Shown one piece after another: positions 17,650 through 26,655 of a stretch of DNA of 64,000 nt. The stretch spans positions 4,424 to 68,423 of the IMG/VR virus record IMGVR_UViG_3300032167_000106; one strand, 5' to 3'. The notes beneath the pieces were generated by a model, which did not search any database, was not told the DNA's origin, and saw only the letters and a program-made list of their open reading frames with translations. Made by a program: the position numbers and the translations under genes. Every line of letters begins with the position of its first letter. Position 1 is the first letter of the stretch. This DNA comes from a virus. Taxonomy: Duplodnaviria; Caudoviricetes.

Positions 17650-17828
17650 TGGGATACATCGGAGGCGGAATGTACCACGCAGAGCCTTGCCCGTTATGCG
17701 GCGAAACACTCTGGAACGGACGATGCGAAAACCCGGACTGCCACTACCATTGGCATCCGAAGGACGACGAGGAGGAAGATGATGAAAGTAACCCCGGAAA
17801 GCTACATCGAACCGATGATGACGATTGA
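17649..17828 (+). CDS. Small zinc-finger protein
   Basis: CPLCG...CENPDC; RBS GGAGGT. Confidence 0.6.
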   Translation: MGYIGGGMYHAEPCPLCGETLWNGRCENPDCHYHWHPKDDEEEDDESNPGKLHRTDDDD

Positions 17829-18024
17829 TGATGACAGCATATATGGTTTCTGCAATTCATTGAGTGCCATATATTATCCGTTGAGAGTTGCGGGAATGGA
17901 GACGGCTGCTCGTCATTGCCTCCGGGCACAAGGCGTGATTACCCGGTTATACGAGGAAAATAAGGAGCTGAAACGCAAGCTCGATCAACTCAAGGAAAGC
18001 GAGGGAGAACCCAATGAAATTTGA
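17779..18024 (+). CDS. Hypothetical protein
   Basis: RBS GAGGAGG. Confidence 0.65.
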   Translation: MMKVTPESYIEPMMTIDDDSIYGFCNSLSAIYYPLRVAGMETAARHCLRAQGVITRLYEENKELKRKLDQLKESEGEPNEI

Positions 18025-18202
18025 AGTTAGCATCCATTACGAAGGCGTAGTCAAGGTGACTGTTGACGCAGAAAACGAATACAAGGCTCGAAAAGCCGCT
18101 GAGAAGAAGTTTGACGAGGTCTCTGCGGTTGAATTGGAAGCAAATCTCGAAAGCGTATCTGTGTGCGATGTCTCCGAAACTGAAGATGAGGAGGAAGAAT
18201 AA
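18014..18202 (+). CDS. DpnD/PcfM-like small protein
   Basis: MKFEVSIHYEGVVKVTVDAENEYKARKAA. Confidence 0.65.
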   Translation: MKFEVSIHYEGVVKVTVDAENEYKARKAAEKKFDEVSAVELEANLESVSVCDVSETEDEEEE

Positions 18203-18203
18203 G

Positions 18204-18500
18204 ATGCAAGTTGCAACCGGTCATTATGTGAATGTTTTCGATGTGATGGGAGCTGATGTGCTCCTTATCCTGAACGAGCCGAACGGTGCACCGCTGCCCG
18301 AGGAGGTCGGGATGCTTGAAGCGGTGATGGCGGGGGCTATCAGGGGTCATGTAGGTGCCAACGGGCAGCAGATGGTAGCCATCCTCAATGAGGCGGTTGA
18401 GCATACCAAGTGCGAATGTATCGCCTATGGCTTCCAGATCATCGTTCGTTATTTGCCCCGCATCAGTGCGGCAGAATACAGCAATTTTCAGGATGAATAG
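18204..18500 (+). CDS. Hypothetical protein
   Basis: ATG 18204 after GAGGAGG. Confidence 0.65.
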   Translation: MQVATGHYVNVFDVMGADVLLILNEPNGAPLPEEVGMLEAVMAGAIRGHVGANGQQMVAILNEAVEHTKCECIAYGFQIIVRYLPRISAAEYSNFQDE

Positions 18501-18555
18501 CAATACCTACATCATTTGAAACCCGGCAAACAGTAGGAAACTGTTCGCCGACAGA
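18499..18555 (+). repeat. Intergenic repeat family A, copy 4 (5'-shortened)
   Basis: AGCAATACCTACATCATTTGAAACCCGGCAAACAG...AAACTGTTCGC. Confidence 0.8.
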
Positions 18556-18584
18556 ACAATATGTACGCAAGGAGGATGCGTTAA

Positions 18585-19118
18585 GTGAAGGCAGAATTTC
18601 TCAGCATAGCTGATAAACGACGAATTGTACTGCTGTCAGCCAGTATCAAGGCGAAGCGGAAGCAGTACGACGAGCAGGAGTGGCACTTGGTCAGCGACCA
18701 GGTTCAGATCACCGTTAAGGATTTCGGCAGCCTCGGTATCGAAGTGAACGGAATGTACCAGAGCGGTAACTTGAGTGTCGATTTCTATGAGCAGATCAAC
18801 GGCAACTGGAAGGTTTGCTGGAGGTTTATTCACAACTCCGGAAGCCGTGAGACCCTCGAAAGTGCCATTGAGCACAACATCGACCTCCTGCTTTGCAAGA
18901 AGCACAAGGATGAGCTGAACCAGAAGCGTAGAAAGTACCGAAAGGGAAGGCCTATCAAGACCCTCGACGAGCTTGCCAATGAGGAGTTCGTATACCTGAA
19001 CGACAAGATCACGCACTGGGGTTGGTTTATGAGCTGGCAGCTCAAGATGGCTCTGGATATGATCGCCCGTGGTGCAATTTGCTACGCAATCCGGAAGGAG
19101 GACGACGAGGATGAATGA
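18585..19118 (+). CDS. Hypothetical protein
   Basis: GTG start after AAGGAGG. Confidence 0.7.
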   Translation: MKAEFLSIADKRRIVLLSASIKAKRKQYDEQEWHLVSDQVQITVKDFGSLGIEVNGMYQSGNLSVDFYEQINGNWKVCWRFIHNSGSRETLESAIEHNIDLLLCKKHKDELNQKRRKYRKGRPIKTLDELANEEFVYLNDKITHWGWFMSWQLKMALDMIARGAICYAIRKEDDEDE

Positions 19119-19503
19119 ACCGAAGGTATACTTGGATGGCAACAAACTGATTTCGGAGACTTTGCACAACCGCCTCGTTTTTGAGGTGGTCGATGAGCCT
19201 CCCCTTGGTTTTGAGGTATGGAATATTGGGCCGAATGTGATACCCGGCTATCTCCCGTTCTGCAGACTCGCCAGAAAACAGCCGTTTCCGGGCGGCAGAA
19301 ACATCGAAGTCGATACGCTGAAGGCTATGAAATTCGATGGGGCCGAAAAAATCCTTAGAGCTGCCAGTTCTGGGAAAACGGTGGAACAGATGGAGCAGTT
19401 CATCGAAAAGAACAGAACATCCAAGAGCGGAGATGTTCAGCACCGGATACGAATTTACGCCGATGCGATCCCGCTGATGAAAAAGCTCGGCATAAGGAAG
19501 TGA
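19111..19503 (+). CDS. Hypothetical protein
   Basis: ATG 19111, overlap. Confidence 0.7.
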   Translation: MNEPKVYLDGNKLISETLHNRLVFEVVDEPPLGFEVWNIGPNVIPGYLPFCRLARKQPFPGGRNIEVDTLKAMKFDGAEKILRAASSGKTVEQMEQFIEKNRTSKSGDVQHRIRIYADAIPLMKKLGIRK

Positions 19504-19509
19504 GATAAG

Positions 19510-19824
19510 ATGAAAGAAATTGATGATATGCCCCAGAACAGCTGTCCTTACACCGGAACAACATTTGCTTTCGAGTGTCCTTATTGCCACCACGGTGTAT
19601 GTTCTGAAACATCGCCCTGCGGCGGCCCCACAGAAATTCATTGCTACGACGAGATGACAGACTTCACGGAGGAGCATTTCGAGGCGGTTAATCGGAGAAT
19701 GAAGATCCGGAAACTGGCAGCAGCCATCGAGGAGTATACCGAAAGCCTGTCTGTCAGGGATATTCACAGGGCGGACTTCGCAGATAAATTCGCTGCGTTC
19801 CTGCTCGATAAGGGAGTGGTTTGA
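19510..19824 (+). CDS. Hypothetical Cys-containing protein
   Basis: ORF track. Confidence 0.65.
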   Translation: MKEIDDMPQNSCPYTGTTFAFECPYCHHGVCSETSPCGGPTEIHCYDEMTDFTEEHFEAVNRRMKIRKLAAAIEEYTESLSVRDIHRADFADKFAAFLLDKGVV

Positions 19825-19825
19825 T

Positions 19826-20032
19826 ATGGATGTCCGATACAGCGTTTATCGTGTGAAAGACGATGCACCGATCGTTATATTCGGGACGATACCGCAGTGT
19901 GCGAAAGCACTCGGCCTCACAATCGACTCGTTTTACAGTCAGGCATCGAAACAGCGGAGCGGAAAGTATTCCGCAGGGAGCAAGCGGAAGTACCGCATAG
20001 TAAGAGAGGAGGCCGACGATGAAACAGCTTAG
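19826..20032 (+). CDS. Small DNA-binding protein (NUMOD1-like HTH)
   Basis: FGTIPQCAKALGLTIDSFY; paralog of 30214-30450. Confidence 0.6.
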   Translation: MDVRYSVYRVKDDAPIVIFGTIPQCAKALGLTIDSFYSQASKQRSGKYSAGSKRKYRIVREEADDETA

Positions 20033-21935
20033 TTATCTCGAAGAAATCATCGTCGATAACTTTGCCGGCGGTGGTGGTGCTTCGACCGGAATTGAACTGG
20101 CATCAGGTAGACCCGTGACAATAGCCATCAACCACGACCCGGATGCAATATTGATGCACCGGACAAATCACCCGTACACGATGCACCTGCAGTCATCCGT
20201 TTGGGAGGTCGACCCGATAGAGGTATGTGCAGGAAGACCTGTTGGCCTCGCTTGGTTCAGTCCTGACTGTAAGCATTTCTCCAAGGCCCGGGGTGATATT
20301 CCGGTAAACAAGGAAATCCGTGCCTTGGCGTGGGTAACTGTCCGCTGGGCACTTGATGTAAAGCCCCGAGTGATAATGCTCGAAAATGTTGAGGAGTTCC
20401 AGACCTGGGGACCGCTGATAAAGGTCATCATCAAGGGTGAAGAAAAGTGGATACCGGATCCCGACCGGGCTGGTGAAACATTTGAGGCGTTCGTGGGGGC
20501 GTTGTCCACAGGCGTCCCCGCCGACCATCCTGCCTTGGATGAAGTGTGCGAATACCTGAAAATCAAAAGGGACGGCCCGGAGATCCAACGGATCATCGAC
20601 GGCCTCGGGTATGATGTAGAGTTCAAGGAATTGGTCGCTGCTGACTACGGTGCTCCCACTACCCGTAAACGGTTTGTACTGGTTGCCCGATGCGACGGAA
20701 AGCCTATTGCTTGGCCTGAGCGTACACACGCACCTCGCAACAGCGAAGAAGTTAAATCCGGAAAGCTCCCCGCCTGGGTTCCTGCAGCAGACATCATCGA
20801 CTGGAGCCTGCCTGGGTATTCGATTTTTGAAAGCAAAGAGGAGATCAAGCGGAAATACGGTGCAAAGGCACAACGACCGCTGGCACCAAACACGCTTCGT
20901 CGTGTTATCAAGGGTGTGGACAAGTTCACGATCAAGAGCGGCGATCCGTTCCTGATTGAGTGTAACCACAGCGGTGGCGGACACATAAGAAGCATAAAGG
21001 ACCCTGTCAACACTGTAACTGGTAAGTTCACCTGTGGTGTGGTCGATCCCGTAATCGCCCCGTTCACATTCAGCAATACGGGTGGAAGTGTAGGCTCCCC
21101 TGCGTCCGAACCTATTGGCACAGTACGAACCTGCGGAGGGCAGATCCTTGCAGCGGCTCAGCTTATGAGCATTGGGCAAACCGGAGGTGGCGATCGTATT
21201 CGTGACATCCGGGATCCTGTACCGACAACGGTATCTAAGCAAGAAACTTGCCTTGTATCCGCCCATCTGTCGGAGTTCCGAAACGCATCCATTGGCAGAG
21301 ATATGAGAGAACCTGCCGGCACTGTTACCAGTCACGACCACGAAGGAGTTGTTTCTGCCCATATCCAGAAGTTCTACGGCGGAGTTATCGGGGAGGATGC
21401 GAGAGAGCCGCTGCCGACGGTGACATCGGTTGACCACAACGCACTCTGCTCGGCTCATATCGTTAAGTTCAAAGGGCAGGAGCTGGGGCAGCATCCGTTG
21501 GATGCGCTGAATACGATAACCGCACAAGGGCTTGAATATGCGGATTGCAGAGCGGTTCTTGCAAAGCTGGACGGTGCGACAGACCTCGGACACTGGGATG
21601 AGATCCGAAAGCTCCTGAATGAGCATTGCGGATACAACCTGGCAGAAGATGAAATCATCCTGCTGATTATCCGTGGTGTCGCTCACTACATTCACGACAT
21701 AACCCTTCGTATGCTGACACCTCGGGAGCTTTACAACGCAATGGGCTTCCCGCCTGATTACGCCATTGAGTTTGATTTCCTCGGGAATGTATATCCCAAG
21801 AATAAACAGGTGGCCCGTTGCGGAAACGCCGTGTGTCCGCCATTGGCAGAGGCAATGACGAAGGCGAACTTCCCTGAGTGGTTTGAAATCAAGATCGTAA
21901 CGATGGCACAGCTCGACGCAGTCGTGACAGCATAG
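20019..21935 (+). CDS. DNA (cytosine-5) methyltransferase, phage type with a long insert
   Basis: Motif I DNFAGGGG, motif IV SPDC, motif VI ENVEEF, motif VIII RKR, C-terminal GNAV. Confidence 0.95.
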   Translation: MKQLSYLEEIIVDNFAGGGGASTGIELASGRPVTIAINHDPDAILMHRTNHPYTMHLQSSVWEVDPIEVCAGRPVGLAWFSPDCKHFSKARGDIPVNKEIRALAWVTVRWALDVKPRVIMLENVEEFQTWGPLIKVIIKGEEKWIPDPDRAGETFEAFVGALSTGVPADHPALDEVCEYLKIKRDGPEIQRIIDGLGYDVEFKELVAADYGAPTTRKRFVLVARCDGKPIAWPERTHAPRNSEEVKSGKLPAWVPAADIIDWSLPGYSIFESKEEIKRKYGAKAQRPLAPNTLRRVIKGVDKFTIKSGDPFLIECNHSGGGHIRSIKDPVNTVTGKFTCGVVDPVIAPFTFSNTGGSVGSPASEPIGTVRTCGGQILAAAQLMSIGQTGGGDRIRDIRDPVPTTVSKQETCLVSAHLSEFRNASIGRDMREPAGTVTSHDHEGVVSAHIQKFYGGVIGEDAREPLPTVTSVDHNALCSAHIVKFKGQELGQHPLDALNTITAQGLEYADCRAVLAKLDGATDLGHWDEIRKLLNEHCGYNLAEDEIILLIIRGVAHYIHDITLRMLTPRELYNAMGFPPDYAIEFDFLGNVYPKNKQVARCGNAVCPPLAEAMTKANFPEWFEIKIVTMAQLDAVVTA

Positions 21936-21943
21936 GAGGTTCT

Positions 21944-22243
21944 ATGAAAAACAGAATTACAGTCCGCCGGGGGATGCTTGCAGACCTCCGGGCATACCTG
22001 GTAAACAGCGGTTGGAAGCTGGAGGAGCCTAAAGGGGAGTACGAAGTGCTCCGGGCGAGGAAACAAGGCTACCCCAGACCGCTTTTAGTTCACGCCCGTG
22101 ACTTCGACAAGAACGGAGGCTGCGGATACAGCATTGACGAGCGTGATATGAAGGTCTACAACGGTTGGATCCGGAACAGAAAGAAGCGTGGGCTCGATCC
22201 TCACTGGGCAACAGAGCAGGAGAGGGCATCGGGAAACGAATAG
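21944..22243 (+). CDS. Hypothetical protein
   Basis: RBS GGAGGT. Confidence 0.7.
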   Translation: MKNRITVRRGMLADLRAYLVNSGWKLEEPKGEYEVLRARKQGYPRPLLVHARDFDKNGGCGYSIDERDMKVYNGWIRNRKKRGLDPHWATEQERASGNE

Positions 22244-22343
22244 CAAGCTCAGGCACGAGGGATAGTTACCATTTGGTACATCTTAACCCCCAGGACGGAA
22301 AATCGCTTAAAAGGCCGCCAAACGGCTCACAGGAGGTACAGAT

Positions 22344-22835
22344 ATGAGTGAAGCACAGATCAAAAGAGGAGATATTTTCTACATACAGAAGTCGGCATCG
22401 GTTTGCGGAAGCGAACAGATCGCCGGCAGACCCGGTATCATCGTTTCCAACGATATTGGTAACAGTACGAGTGAAACGGTGGAGGTAGTCTACCTGACGA
22501 CCCGGCATAAGACGACACTGCCGACCCATGTACCGATCAGCAGTTCTGCGAGGGATAGCACAGCCCTGTGTGAGCAGATCACGACCGTATCCATCGAAAG
22601 GATCGGCGATTACTGCGGCAGGGTAACGGATGAGGAACTGCGGATGATCGACGAAGCCCTTATGGTGTCGCTCAACCTCGCAGATAAGGAATGTCGAGAA
22701 AATGAGAAAAATCTGCGGGGGGGGGGTACTCCTGAAAGAGATAAAGAGCTTGCGGTTGCCCTCGCTGAGCGGGATGTTTACAAGAGCCTGTACGAGCAGC
22801 TGCTTGCTCGTGTAATGCAGGGAGTATCAGTATGA
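22344..22835 (+). CDS. PemK/MazF-family endoribonuclease with C-terminal coiled-coil extension
   Basis: IKRGDIFY...GSEQIAGRPGIIVSND...VYLTT...ALCEQITTV. Confidence 0.88.
   Translation: MSEAQIKRGDIFYIQKSASVCGSEQIAGRPGIIVSNDIGNSTSETVEVVYLTTRHKTTLPTHVPISSSARDSTALCEQITTVSIERIGDYCGRVTDEELRMIDEALMVSLNLADKECRENEKNLRGGGTPERDKELAVALAERDVYKSLYEQLLARVMQGVSV
22717..22726 (+). repeat. G10 homopolymer inside the MazF-like gene
   Basis: CTGC-GGGGGGGGGG-TACT. Confidence 0.95.
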
Positions 22836-23212
22836 GTGAACAGTATTCGCTTTACTCCAGGTTCGACATCGAAAAGCACAAAGCAACCTATGTCAATTAC
22901 CTTGAGATCATCATCGGAGCGGACGGAACAGCCGCCTATGCGGTGCCGTCGCATCAGGAGTTCTTGATAAAGGTCGCTTGTGCGAAGAATGGGTGGACCC
23001 GGGATCAGCTGAAAGCAGCTTGTCCCCGGGAATACTGGTGGGACTTTATGGAATGGCTCACAATCATTACGGGAGCGATGGCGGTGTGGAATGAACATTT
23101 CGTATGCCATAAGCCTACCGTAAAGCAGATTGGTATGCTCCGGAAGCTGAAGATGGCTGGGATCTATAAGGGTGCAATTCCGAATATTTCTGAAATGGAT
23201 GGTGAAAAGTAA
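22832..23212 (+). CDS. Hypothetical protein
   Basis: ATGA overlap; RBS GGGAG. Confidence 0.7.
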   Translation: MSEQYSLYSRFDIEKHKATYVNYLEIIIGADGTAAYAVPSHQEFLIKVACAKNGWTRDQLKAACPREYWWDFMEWLTIITGAMAVWNEHFVCHKPTVKQIGMLRKLKMAGIYKGAIPNISEMDGEK

Positions 23213-23238
23213 TCGAATGAGCATTTTTGCGAAAAGTA

Positions 23239-23267
23239 TTGATTTTGTCTCCGGTTCGGTGTATGAT
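23239..23267 (+). promoter_or_regulatory. Sigma-A promoter of a moron
   Basis: TTGATT-17 nt-TATGAT. Confidence 0.7.
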
Positions 23268-23297
23268 ACAGAAAAAGAACCGAACGGAGGTGGTAAG

Positions 23298-23795
23298 ATG
23301 ACATCGAAGGAACTGCTCACGGCAGCATTTAAGGCTACGAACACTGCACAGGGCGATGGTGCCAAGAAGATTGGCTGGACAAAGCAGCAGCTCAGCAGCA
23401 AGCTGGTCAGAAATTCGCTTAGAGCTGATGAGTTCCTGGCTATCCTGGACGCAATCGGAGTTGACATTGAGTTCAAGGTGCGGGAAACCGGCCAGCCTGT
23501 GACTGCACGGATCCCTGGAGCTGGTCGCCGGGTACGGCGAATGGTCGACAAGGTGATCTACGATACAGCTGCAGCCGATGCACTGGCTAACAACTTCTAC
23601 GCTGATGGCGTAAATGAATATGTTGATGGCAGAGCGATGGAGCTTTACATCGACAAGGAAGGCCGGTACTTCTTTGCGGAGTATTCCGAATGGGAAGGCA
23701 CCAAGGATCGGATCACGCCTGTTACCGCAAATGCCGCAGCCACCTTCATTGAGAAGTATGGCACGGAGATCCACAAAGAACCGAAAGCTGAATAA
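23298..23795 (+). CDS. XRE-like HTH plus unknown C-terminal domain (moron)
   Basis: RBS GGAGGTG, ATG 23298; AKKIGWTKQQLSSKL...LRADEFLAILDAIG. Confidence 0.7.
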   Translation: MTSKELLTAAFKATNTAQGDGAKKIGWTKQQLSSKLVRNSLRADEFLAILDAIGVDIEFKVRETGQPVTARIPGAGRRVRRMVDKVIYDTAAADALANNFYADGVNEYVDGRAMELYIDKEGRYFFAEYSEWEGTKDRITPVTANAAATFIEKYGTEIHKEPKAE

Positions 23796-23803
23796 CGACA
23801 GAG

Positions 23804-23836
23804 ATCCCCACCGGAAACCCCGGTGGGGATTTTTAT
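23804..23836 (+). terminator. Intrinsic terminator
   Basis: ATCCCCACCGG...CCGGTGGGGAT-TTTT. Confidence 0.85.
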
Positions 23837-24001
23837 GCAATTAAGACAAAAACAGACCCTTGTATTTTACATTTAAGTCTCTCGGGCGTTTTAGAACATC
23901 CTGATATACATATACCTTCGAGCGGATCTTTCCGCCAAACCCCGCCAAATGCCTCACAGTGAACCTGTCAACGAAAACGAATAAAACGAAAAAAATTTCC
24001 G

Positions 24002-24076
24002 AAAATCCGAAAATAATACTTGACTTAGGCGGTAGGTGTTGTAAGATTAAGGTACAAATAAATTACCAACCGGTAA
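24002..24076 (+). repeat. 75-bp direct repeat, copy 2: promoter P4 (24020-24047) and operator TTACCAACCGGTAA (24063-24076)
   Basis: 73 of 75 bases identical to 3365-3439. Confidence 0.95.
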
Positions 24077-24158
24077 GCGGTTTGGAACAGCTGGTAAGGA
24101 TGGCAGCCGGGGCAATAGTCCCGGAAGGCCACCTGCCAGATGAAAAGGAGTAATGGTT

Positions 24159-24710
24159 ATGGCAAGTCAGTACGATAAGATCAAGACCCCCAAGGAACTG
24201 CTTGTGCAGGTTTCAATGCACGGCTTTAGTCTCAAGACCGAAGATGTTTGCAGAGCACAGGACATTTTCGGCAGAGCGCCCATCGAAGATCTGGTTGCCC
24301 TCGCAAATGACAATGGCCGGGTGAACGATAAGGACGAACCCGATCCTGAGGGTACTTGGACCAGTGGCCGCAAGGGATACCAGCAGGTGTTCTACCAGGT
24401 TCTGTTCCACATCTGGAACTGGGAGGACGCTACCCGATTCTACAACCAGCACACCAACCCGGAGCCTAAGAAGATGAAGAAGTCCGTTGCGGAACTGGAA
24501 GCAGAGCTGGCCGAAGCCCGTACCGAAGCAGAGGAGAACAAGGAAGATTGCCAAATCTGGAGAGAGCGTTACGAATCCGAAAGAGCTGCACACACCGAGG
24601 TCCGGAAGGAAGCAGACTTCTACCAGAAGGGTTACGAGGCAGCACATCAGGAGATCATCGCCCTGAAAGCTAAGTTGTACGACATGATGGTTGCCAAGGA
24701 GGGAAAGTAA
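24159..24710 (+). CDS. Hypothetical protein with C-terminal coiled coil, first gene after P4
   Basis: RBS AAGGAG. Confidence 0.75.
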   Translation: MASQYDKIKTPKELLVQVSMHGFSLKTEDVCRAQDIFGRAPIEDLVALANDNGRVNDKDEPDPEGTWTSGRKGYQQVFYQVLFHIWNWEDATRFYNQHTNPEPKKMKKSVAELEAELAEARTEAEENKEDCQIWRERYESERAAHTEVRKEADFYQKGYEAAHQEIIALKAKLYDMMVAKEGK

Positions 24711-24965
24711 ATGGAAATTCAAAAGGCCGTTGCAATGAGATTGCCTGACGGCTCCTGCATCTGCATTGCCAGCTACGACAGTAGCTACATAGACGGGAAC
24801 GAACAGAACCAGAAATGGATGTCTGTTGATATTTCTCGGGTACACCCGAACAAGAAAGAGGAGTTACTTGTAAGTGTCGATTTCGATGACACGAAGGGTC
24901 TCCGGACGCTTGTTTTTGATGACACCCAGGCTGACCCGATCTTCACAAAGGAGGATAAATTGTAA
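24711..24965 (+). CDS. Hypothetical protein
   Basis: ORF track; RBS AAGGAGG. Confidence 0.7.
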   Translation: MEIQKAVAMRLPDGSCICIASYDSSYIDGNEQNQKWMSVDISRVHPNKKEELLVSVDFDDTKGLRTLVFDDTQADPIFTKEDKL

Positions 24966-25195
24966 TGAAATTAGCAAAGGATGGAGTAGAGCTCACCGCA
25001 AGGGAAAGCCAGATGTTTGGCGAGGCTCTCGAAACAGTAAAGAACCGACTGGAGATGGCAGGCGTCGATTACAACGACAAACTCGTTGAGTCGGTCCGGT
25101 ACTGCTTGTACGGAGCCCTCTACACGGGTGGCATCCCCGGAATGATGCGATACGCATTAGAGACCCCGATCAAACCGAAAGGAGCAAGAGTATGA
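24965..25195 (+). CDS. Hypothetical protein
   Basis: TAATG overlap. Confidence 0.7.
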   Translation: MKLAKDGVELTARESQMFGEALETVKNRLEMAGVDYNDKLVESVRYCLYGALYTGGIPGMMRYALETPIKPKGARV

Positions 25196-25974
25196 GCAGT
25201 TACCCGATCGCCGATCACCGATACCGGGAACAGCAGGAGTTCCTGAACCACTTGGCAGTCAAGCACGGCTTTGCAACCTACCGGCCCACCTACCACGCAG
25301 CACCCCGGGACAAAAATACTGTTTTGCTCTATACACTGGATGATGAAAAGCATAACAGACATGTTGACAGCCAGCCTGTAACATACAGCCGCAGCGAGGC
25401 GGCACATCGTATGGAATACGGAGGTTTTGTAATCGCAGATGATTGCATATACCGAGATCCTTTCTTCTCGTTCGAGAATACTGATGCAAACGGTATGTTT
25501 GACACGCAGTTTGTCAACTTCGGAAAGATTGATCTGCGTGGAACCGAATGGCGGGATCGCCTGGAGGGGGCGGTTATGCTTGCCCTCACCCGTAAGAAAC
25601 AGAACCAGCACCTTGCGTCGACCGGCGGTGTGTGGGAGCCTCGTGAGGCTGACAGCACCTACAACGATTACAACCGGGAGATCATCAAGTTCTTCCGGAT
25701 GCGATACGGCAAGGCGTACCTCGGCAGTATCAATTTCTACGACGAGAAACGAAAGCAAGTAGCCAAAGGTGAAGCCAGCGTATACGAGGAGTATACAGGA
25801 CAGACCGTATACAACTTTAGCTGTTGCTTCGTGGTGCCGACAGCCGACGAAGAACTGCAGATGCTGATCCGTGACTGGAACGGACCTGGGCAGTTGAGTA
25901 AAGGCGTCGATGATGTCAAGAAGATCACAGACAGGGTTGACAAGATCGGTGGCCACCACCTGATCTGGTATTAA
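25192..25974 (+). CDS. Hypothetical protein (260 aa)
   Basis: RBS AAAGGAG; no domain recognised. Confidence 0.75.
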   Translation: MSSYPIADHRYREQQEFLNHLAVKHGFATYRPTYHAAPRDKNTVLLYTLDDEKHNRHVDSQPVTYSRSEAAHRMEYGGFVIADDCIYRDPFFSFENTDANGMFDTQFVNFGKIDLRGTEWRDRLEGAVMLALTRKKQNQHLASTGGVWEPREADSTYNDYNREIIKFFRMRYGKAYLGSINFYDEKRKQVAKGEASVYEEYTGQTVYNFSCCFVVPTADEELQMLIRDWNGPGQLSKGVDDVKKITDRVDKIGGHHLIWY

Positions 25975-25985
25975 GGAGGTGCGAA

Positions 25986-26447
25986 ATGCCTTACAAAGTA
26001 ACGATCAACACCGATGCCTATGTTTGTCAGAAATGCTCTAAGAAAGATTGGGAACCCGGGACGATGAACGACTATATGCTGACCATCAATGGTTGGCATA
26101 CAACCGAACGCTCTTTGAGAGAAGTGTGGTGGCGAGTGATGATGTTCCGGGGCATCGATTGGATTTCTGACGAGTGGGACGAGCAGAAACAGGGCTTGTC
26201 CGATCGCTATGAAATGTGGCGAAATAAGAAATGCAACTGGGTGCACTTCCTTGATAGGCTGTGTGGCATTGAGCGTATGCACAGACCCAGCGGGTATGGA
26301 TTTATGCAAGGGTACTTCGATGACAGAAAGTGTATCGAAGAACTCAAAAGGAAAGGCACTGTAACCATCCCGTTCTCAGCCTTGTATGATAGTCGGCAGT
26401 ATTACAGAGGACAGAATGGCTGTTATATGCGAATAGAGAAAATCTGA
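25986..26447 (+). CDS. Hypothetical protein
   Basis: RBS AAGGAGGTG. Confidence 0.75.
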   Translation: MPYKVTINTDAYVCQKCSKKDWEPGTMNDYMLTINGWHTTERSLREVWWRVMMFRGIDWISDEWDEQKQGLSDRYEMWRNKKCNWVHFLDRLCGIERMHRPSGYGFMQGYFDDRKCIEELKRKGTVTIPFSALYDSRQYYRGQNGCYMRIEKI

Positions 26448-26460
26448 GGGAGGGATCTTG

Positions 26461-26655
26461 ATGAAGTTTGAAGTAGAAGTGGCCATCAAAGTTACGCTTG
26501 GCGTTGAAGCTGCCACAAGAGACGAGGCTATCGAAAAAGCTGGAGCGATTGCTTGGACTTACGACCCTGACGAGATGAGCATCAAGGTTGTCCGTGAGGA
26601 AAGGGAATGGGGACCGGGCGTTATACAGGAAACCACACAGGAGGTTACAGAATGA
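26461..26655 (+). CDS. DpnD/PcfM-like small protein
   Basis: MKFEVEVAIKVTLGVEAATRDEAIEKA. Confidence 0.65.
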   Translation: MKFEVEVAIKVTLGVEAATRDEAIEKAGAIAWTYDPDEMSIKVVREEREWGPGVIQETTQEVTE

